From contig CAZMBY010000004.1 of the NCBI GenBank assembly GCA_964564925.1, forward strand, positions 12,892 through 61,842: a stretch of 48,951 nucleotides of DNA. Reading direction: 5' to 3'. The stretch comes from an uncultured Methanosarcinales archaeon (GTDB lineage Archaea > Nanobdellota > Nanobdellia > Woesearchaeales > GW2011-AR4). The position numbers and the translations under genes were made by a program. A model generated the notes under the pieces. It searched no databases and had not been told where the DNA came from. It saw only the letters and a program-made list of their open reading frames with translations. Below, one piece after another: positions 44,569-48,951 of the stretch. How positions within the stretch are numbered: position 1 is the first letter of the stretch; each line of letters begins with the position of its first letter.

Positions 44569-45543
44569 TTATCTCAGCTTCCTCTCGAGTTTTCTGTACA
44601 TCTCCTCATAAACAACTCCCATCGGCAGGCCTTCATGCGTTCTCTTGACTGTCTCTGCAAGCAATGGGGCAATGGAAATTACTTTCAGCTTATCTGTCAT
44701 TTTTTCTTTTGGTATCTCTGTGGTATTAGTCACAACCACTTCCTTAAGCTTTGACTTGCTTATCCTCTCTGTTGCAGGGTCTGACAAAACGCCATGGGTT
44801 GCAAGCGCGTAAACCTCGTTTGCCCCGAACTTCATCAAGATGCTTGCCGCTTCGGTTATTGAGCCTGCTGTGTCTATGATATCGTCAACAAGAAAAGCTG
44901 ATTTTCCCTTGACATCCCCAATCACATTTTCCACTTGAGCAACATTCTGCTCCGGCCTTCTCTTGTCAATAATCGCAATCGGGGCATTCAAAACTTTTCC
45001 AAATGACCTTGCCCTTGCCGCTCCCCCTGCATCAGGGCTTACAATGACGATATCCCTAATCTTCTTTCCAGCAATATAATCCGCAAACAAGGGTATGACA
45101 TCAAGATTATCGCTTGGTATGTCGAAAAATCCCTGCACCTGCGGGACATGAAGGTCAAAGATGATCACTCTGTCAGCTCCAGCTGTCTGTAACATGTTTG
45201 CAATAAGCTTTGCTGTTATCGGCTCGCGCGGCTTTGATTTTTTGTCCTGCCTGCAATATCCATAATATGGGATTACAGCAGTTATCTTGTCCGGGGAAGA
45301 GCGCTTTAACGCGTCAATCATTATCAACAGTTCCATCAGGTGCTGGTTTGAATCAGGAGAAGTTGGCTGTATGACATAAATATCACAGCCTCTCACGCTT
45401 TCAAGAACCCTGCAATAGATTTCGCCATCATGAAATCGCTTGATTTCGACAGGAGTCAATGGCACTTTGAGGATCTTCGAAACTTCCTCAGCAAGCTTCC
45501 TGTTCGCAGTCCCTGATATCAATTTGAAGTGTTCCTTAATCAT
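44569..45543 (-). CDS. prs: Ribose-phosphate pyrophosphokinase
   Basis: FHDGEI, VIPYYGYCRQDKK, DLHVPQVQGFF, VSPDAGG, IDKRR and VDDIIDTAGS. Confidence 0.96.
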   Translation of the reverse strand: MIKEHFKLISGTANRKLAEEVSKILKVPLTPVEIKRFHDGEIYCRVLESVRGCDIYVIQPTSPDSNQHLMELLIMIDALKRSSPDKITAVIPYYGYCRQDKKSKPREPITAKLIANMLQTAGADRVIIFDLHVPQVQGFFDIPSDNLDVIPLFADYIAGKKIRDIVIVSPDAGGAARARSFGKVLNAPIAIIDKRRPEQNVAQVENVIGDVKGKSAFLVDDIIDTAGSITEAASILMKFGANEVYALATHGVLSDPATERISKSKLKEVVVTNTTEIPKEKMTDKLKVISIAPLLAETVKRTHEGLPMGVVYEEMYRKLERKLR

Positions 45544-45827
45544 GCAAACCCCTGCATGCAGAAAGATTGCGCCTTTAAAAAGATTTCGTGTTTTTGAGGA
45601 ATTTAGGTGTGGTGGCTATAGATTCATAATGAAGTGATTTTTATTTATTAACTTTTTTTATATTTGATACTATTCAGTTATCGGCAGATGGTTGGATTAA
45701 TACAAAATCTTGCGATTTGATGATTGATTTTTAGTCGAGAAGATAATAACAAAACCAATAAATTATCAAAAAATTGGCTATATGCCGAAGAATAAGAAGT
45801 ATCAGCTATAGTTATATATGCAGTTTT

Positions 45828-46610
45828 CTATTGATTTGGCACTGCTTGTACTTCTTCAGCCTTTCCTTCAACTTTAGGCTCTTCCTTTTTCTTCAGCAAA
45901 ACCTCTATCTCCCCAAAGGGAGTGTCCTGGACAAGCTCAATCTTATTCTGCTGCGCCAGATGCAACAGCGGAATAAATGTATGTACTTTGTCTTCCTTTG
46001 ATTGGGAAGGCAATAATTTTGAAAAAGTCAGCTTACCCTGGATTGCGTTAAGGAAGAAACCCTTGATTTTGCCATACACTTCCCTGATTATCTCTGTCAT
46101 CTCTTTTCTCTTCTTTGGAGCCTCAAGATTGAGCGGAGGTATAGAATGGAGCAGCCTTCTCTTTTTGACTTCCAATGCCCTCTCCAAAGCTTCCACAAGG
46201 TCAAATATGGAGACTTTTCTCTTTCTTGGCTGTGGCGTCCTTGGTATCAAAGTCGGGATTTCCTCCAATTTAGGTATTGCGCCAGTTTCTTCAAAGCTCA
46301 GCTCTTCCAGCTCCTCTTCTACGCCTACAAGCAGCTTGTCCAGCTCGCTTAAGTCCTCGCCAACAAGCTTATTTGACTTCATTTTCAGGAGAATGGCTGC
46401 TGCAAGCAAAACCTTGCCGGAAACCCTGAAATCATGCTCTTTAAGGGTTCTGAGCATTTCAATGTATTCCTGCGCAATAACACTCACATCGATATCCCAT
46501 GGGTCCATCTGCTCGCTTTTGACCAGCTCGTAGATTATGCTCTGCCAGGTGATTTCATCAGCTTTGGAAAAAATTATATTAAAAATTCTGTCGTGAGGAT
46601 CCATGTGCAT
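45828..46610 (-). CDS. scpA: Segregation and condensation protein A (kleisin)
   Basis: MDPWDIDVSVIAQEYI, SGKVLLAAAILLKMKS and TFIPLLHLAQQNKIELVQDTPFGEI. Confidence 0.92.
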   Translation of the reverse strand: MHMDPHDRIFNIIFSKADEITWQSIIYELVKSEQMDPWDIDVSVIAQEYIEMLRTLKEHDFRVSGKVLLAAAILLKMKSNKLVGEDLSELDKLLVGVEEELEELSFEETGAIPKLEEIPTLIPRTPQPRKRKVSIFDLVEALERALEVKKRRLLHSIPPLNLEAPKKRKEMTEIIREVYGKIKGFFLNAIQGKLTFSKLLPSQSKEDKVHTFIPLLHLAQQNKIELVQDTPFGEIEVLLKKKEEPKVEGKAEEVQAVPNQ

Positions 46611-46723
46611 TTTTTAGTGCCGATAATATATAAATTTATTCATTATAGAGAGGTAACCGTACTCTGTTTAACCTGTGGGTGATGTTTTTGCTTGTCTAAT
46701 TCGGGTGATTGGAGGATAAACAA

Positions 46724-46987
46724 ATGATTAAACCGATAACTTTAAATTTGCAAAGTTTAATAGATATCCATATGAGGAAGAAATTTTTGGATAGATTAGA
46801 AAACAAACAATTTGCTACTCACTTAATGATATTAGCATTAGTTCTTCTATTCTCTATTGTCTTAATTATGTATTTAATTGCCTCATGGAATTCCCCTGAT
46901 AAAATCTATAATATACTCATAAACATAATAACTTTAGTAGCTGGTTTCATAGGCGGAAAAGCTTTGAGTGGAAAAGAAAATGATTAA
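46724..46987 (+). CDS. Small membrane protein (low GC)
   Basis: GGAGG RBS before ATG 46724; two TM helices. Confidence 0.6.
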   Translation: MIKPITLNLQSLIDIHMRKKFLDRLENKQFATHLMILALVLLFSIVLIMYLIASWNSPDKIYNILINIITLVAGFIGGKALSGKEND

Positions 46988-47111
46988 ACTAAATAAAATT
47001 CAAGGAATACTAATTATGTTGGGGGCATTAGTTGGTGTTATGGTGGATGGTATTACAGCAATAGTCATTGGTATAATATTAGGATATTTAATAGGAAAGG
47101 TAATGAAATGA
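46980..47111 (+). CDS. 43-aa Gly-rich membrane peptide (not in the ORF track)
   Basis: Translated by hand as MIKLNKIQGILIMLGALVGVMVDGITAIVIGIILGYLIGKVMK*; overlaps both neighbours. Confidence 0.55.
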   Translation: MIKLNKIQGILIMLGALVGVMVDGITAIVIGIILGYLIGKVMK

Positions 47112-47311
47112 TTAAAAAAGAAAGATGGTTAATATTTACTATAATTTATTCTATTTTTGTATTAGTTATAGTATCATTAATATTTTTTAAGCAAAAGTTA
47201 AACTTAACTCCTTTTCAATATAAAGCCACATTGTTTATTCTATTTTATCTTTTCAGTTTTTTCATTGTATTTTATTTTGTTAATTTTTTAAGGAAAAAAA
47301 AGAAAAGATAG
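47108..47311 (+). CDS. Small membrane protein (low GC)
   Basis: ATGA overlap with the preceding ORF, two TM helices and a basic tail. Confidence 0.55.
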   Translation: MIKKERWLIFTIIYSIFVLVIVSLIFFKQKLNLTPFQYKATLFILFYLFSFFIVFYFVNFLRKKKKR

Positions 47312-47312
47312 T

Positions 47313-47417
47313 TTATTTCAAACTTAACTTCAACAATGAAAGCCATCTATTGCGACCTAAAACATCATTCTCACAAAATTGTGCTGGTGTTAACCCTTTA
47401 AGTTTCGGATAGATATA
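47313..47417 (-). pseudogene. Possible C-terminal remnant of a DDE integrase/transposase
   Basis: The open stretch YIYPKLKGLTPAQFCENDVLGRNRWLSLLKLSLK* resembles the tail pattern YN.IRPH..L.G.TPAE......LG.NRW..LI of archaeal rve/IS6-like transposases. It has no start codon and an upstream in-frame TGA. Confidence 0.45.
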
Positions 47418-47573
47418 TCATATAACATATATACTAGGGTATACAATACTTCTCTAAATAAACAATATATTTATAAATAAGCAGTGTTCAATATGAATTA
47501 TTATGATATCGGGGATAGATACTCCCGTGAAATATGGGAGTATTTAAATATCCCTTAAAATTCTCGTTTTTCT

Positions 47574-48389
47574 ATGAAAGCAATGTTATTTAATGATAAG
47601 GATAATTTTGATGGTTGTATTCGTGCTTTAAATAGGGGCAAAGATGAAGGCAACAAAAGATTTTTTAAATTGGATAAGTGCCATGAACTTATATTCAAAA
47701 AGATTTCTTCTTTGCATGATTGGAGTTCTGGAGAAATTAAATTAGTTAGGACTTATATTTATACAGGAAGATATACTTCAAAAATCTTGGAATCTCATAA
47801 GAAATATTGTAATTTTCAGATAAAGCGGTTTAGTGAATTAATAGACAAGGAAGATGCCTTGTTGGGAGAGATTGCAAAACATAACCTCCCTACTACATTA
47901 AAAAATAAAGTAGATGACCATGTAACTAATGTAAAAGCTCATTTTCAAAAGCAAAAAGAAGATTACTTAAAAAACCTTGATAAACAAAAAAGAAAATCCA
48001 ATGGACAAAAAGTGATGTTTGACATAATAGAAAGAATGGAATTTGCACAACTTAAAACAACCCCCTTAAAGCATGCAACTGGGGTCATCTACCAAAAGGG
48101 AGTTGATGTTCAATTAGCAACAGACCTTGTCCATTTTGCACATTGCAACTCTTATGATATTGCAGTAATTTTAGGAGGGGATACTGATTTAATTGAATCA
48201 GTTAAATTAGTAAGAAAAAATTTAGGAAAGATTGTCATAATTGCAGCATATTTTGATGAAGACCCGTTGATAAGTTCAATATCACCAAAATTAATAGAAC
48301 AAGCCGATTACTTTATTAATCTTAAAGATTTGACTAATGCAGAAATAAATTCTATATCTGAACCAATGAGACCAAAAACAATTAAATAA
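47574..48389 (+). CDS. NYN (LabA/DUF88, PIN-fold) ribonuclease-like protein
   Basis: N-terminal acidic motif, YTG, QKGVDVQLATDL, GGDTDL and ADYFINL; helical insertion in the middle. Confidence 0.85.
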   Translation: MKAMLFNDKDNFDGCIRALNRGKDEGNKRFFKLDKCHELIFKKISSLHDWSSGEIKLVRTYIYTGRYTSKILESHKKYCNFQIKRFSELIDKEDALLGEIAKHNLPTTLKNKVDDHVTNVKAHFQKQKEDYLKNLDKQKRKSNGQKVMFDIIERMEFAQLKTTPLKHATGVIYQKGVDVQLATDLVHFAHCNSYDIAVILGGDTDLIESVKLVRKNLGKIVIIAAYFDEDPLISSISPKLIEQADYFINLKDLTNAEINSISEPMRPKTIK

Positions 48390-48501
48390 GTTTCTAAATA
48401 GTATCTCACCCACAATAGACACCTTATTCTATCACCCGAGATTTAGACAGAGTTGGTAACCGAAAACTATATAAACCAGCTAGCCAAAAGATGAACTATC
48501 G

Positions 48502-48798
48502 GTGGGAATTATCAAGCTGTCTAAACACGACAAGTATGTTTTAGAGCTGAGCAATAAGATAAGGCATAACTATGATTCTGTGTCTATGAATGTCCCGTTG
48601 AAGCATGCGAAGCGCTCTTTGGGAGAGATTGATGTGATTGCAAAGAAAGGTGACAGATTTGACATATACGAGGTTAAGTGCTCATACAGGATTTTGAAAG
48701 CCAAGAAGCAGCTGAACAGGGTTAAAAAATACCTCAACCTAAAGAATGCAAGGAGCTATTTCTACTGCGGGAATTCAAGGTTGCTTGTTGCCGTTTAA
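48502..48798 (+). CDS. Small PD-(D/E)XK nuclease (YraN/Hjc-like)
   Basis: GEIDVIAKKGDRFDIYEVKCS; TATA-like AAAACTATATAAA upstream. Confidence 0.75.
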   Translation: MGIIKLSKHDKYVLELSNKIRHNYDSVSMNVPLKHAKRSLGEIDVIAKKGDRFDIYEVKCSYRILKAKKQLNRVKKYLNLKNARSYFYCGNSRLLVAV

Positions 48799-48842
48799 TT
48801 CAAAAGGTTTTTATAGGTTTTATCAATACGTTTCTTTCCTTT

Positions 48843-48951
48843 GGGCTCGTAGTCTAGCGGCTATGACGTCACCCTTACAAGCCGCAGGTTAAATTTTATT
48901 TAACCATTTTACGAAAGGTGAAGGTCACCAGTTCGAATCTGGTCGGGCCCA
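48843..48951 (+). tRNA. trnV: tRNA-Val(TAC) with a ~36-nt anticodon-loop intron (about 48880-48915)
   Basis: Acceptor GGGCTCG/CGGGCCC-A, D arm GTC/GAC, anticodon stem TCACC/GGTGA with CT-TAC-A, and T arm ACCAG-TTCGAAT-CTGGT. The intron contains the hairpin GGTTAAA/TTTAACC. Confidence 0.9.

Noticed and set aside
175-46682. Numerous 60-210 aa ORFs antisense to or overlapping recognised genes (e.g. 10422-11057, 33277-33852, 44115-44648, 45922-46533)
   Set aside because: They are shadow ORFs of well-supported genes, with no motifs, RBS or independent promoter.
1-48951. Alternative genetic code or selenocysteine readthrough
   Set aside because: Conserved genes end at TAA, TAG and TGA at the expected positions. 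The only suspicious internal stop (6005-6007) is isolated.
46650-48951. Integrated element with att site at tRNA-Val
   Set aside because: The low-GC genes lie 5' of the tRNA, no duplicated tRNA 3' end or integrase is visible, and the window ends at the tRNA so the 3' side cannot be assessed.

Overview
This 49-kb window reads as a DPANN archaeal chromosome segment, probably Woesearchaeota-like. That assignment is an inference from the archaeal information genes (rpl44e, rps27e, aIF2-alpha, Nop10, PAC2, GINS, prefoldin alpha, ScpA, FtsY), BRE/TATA promoters, a DPANN-type S-layer gene and an intron-containing tRNA-Val, alongside bacterial-type thrS, gpmA and prs. It also holds a MoxR/DUF58/vWA operon, surface lipoproteins including a Hint-domain protein, two toxin-antitoxin pairs, and low-GC accessory patches at about 4.3-6.3 kb and 46.7-48.8 kb. 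Five observations are not explained by the ORF track. (1) A 21-codon ORF with 6 Thr in its last 10 codons lies directly upstream of thrS, 24 nt behind a BRE/TATA and followed by a U9 tract, so it is a candidate threonine-sensing leader. (2) A structured 142-154 bp element occurs twice with compensatory base changes, plus a minimal third copy. The two full copies sit 3' of TTTAA without a target duplication, and one cleanly splits hicA. (3) A 213-bp MITE has 19-bp imperfect terminal inverted repeats and a perfect 9-bp target-site duplication. (4) A six-gene cluster of unknown function diverges from a tandem Lrp/AsnC regulator and includes a pair of small paralogous membrane proteins. (5) A helicase gene encodes only the first RecA-like domain. 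All protein family calls come from motif recognition by eye; no database searches were run.
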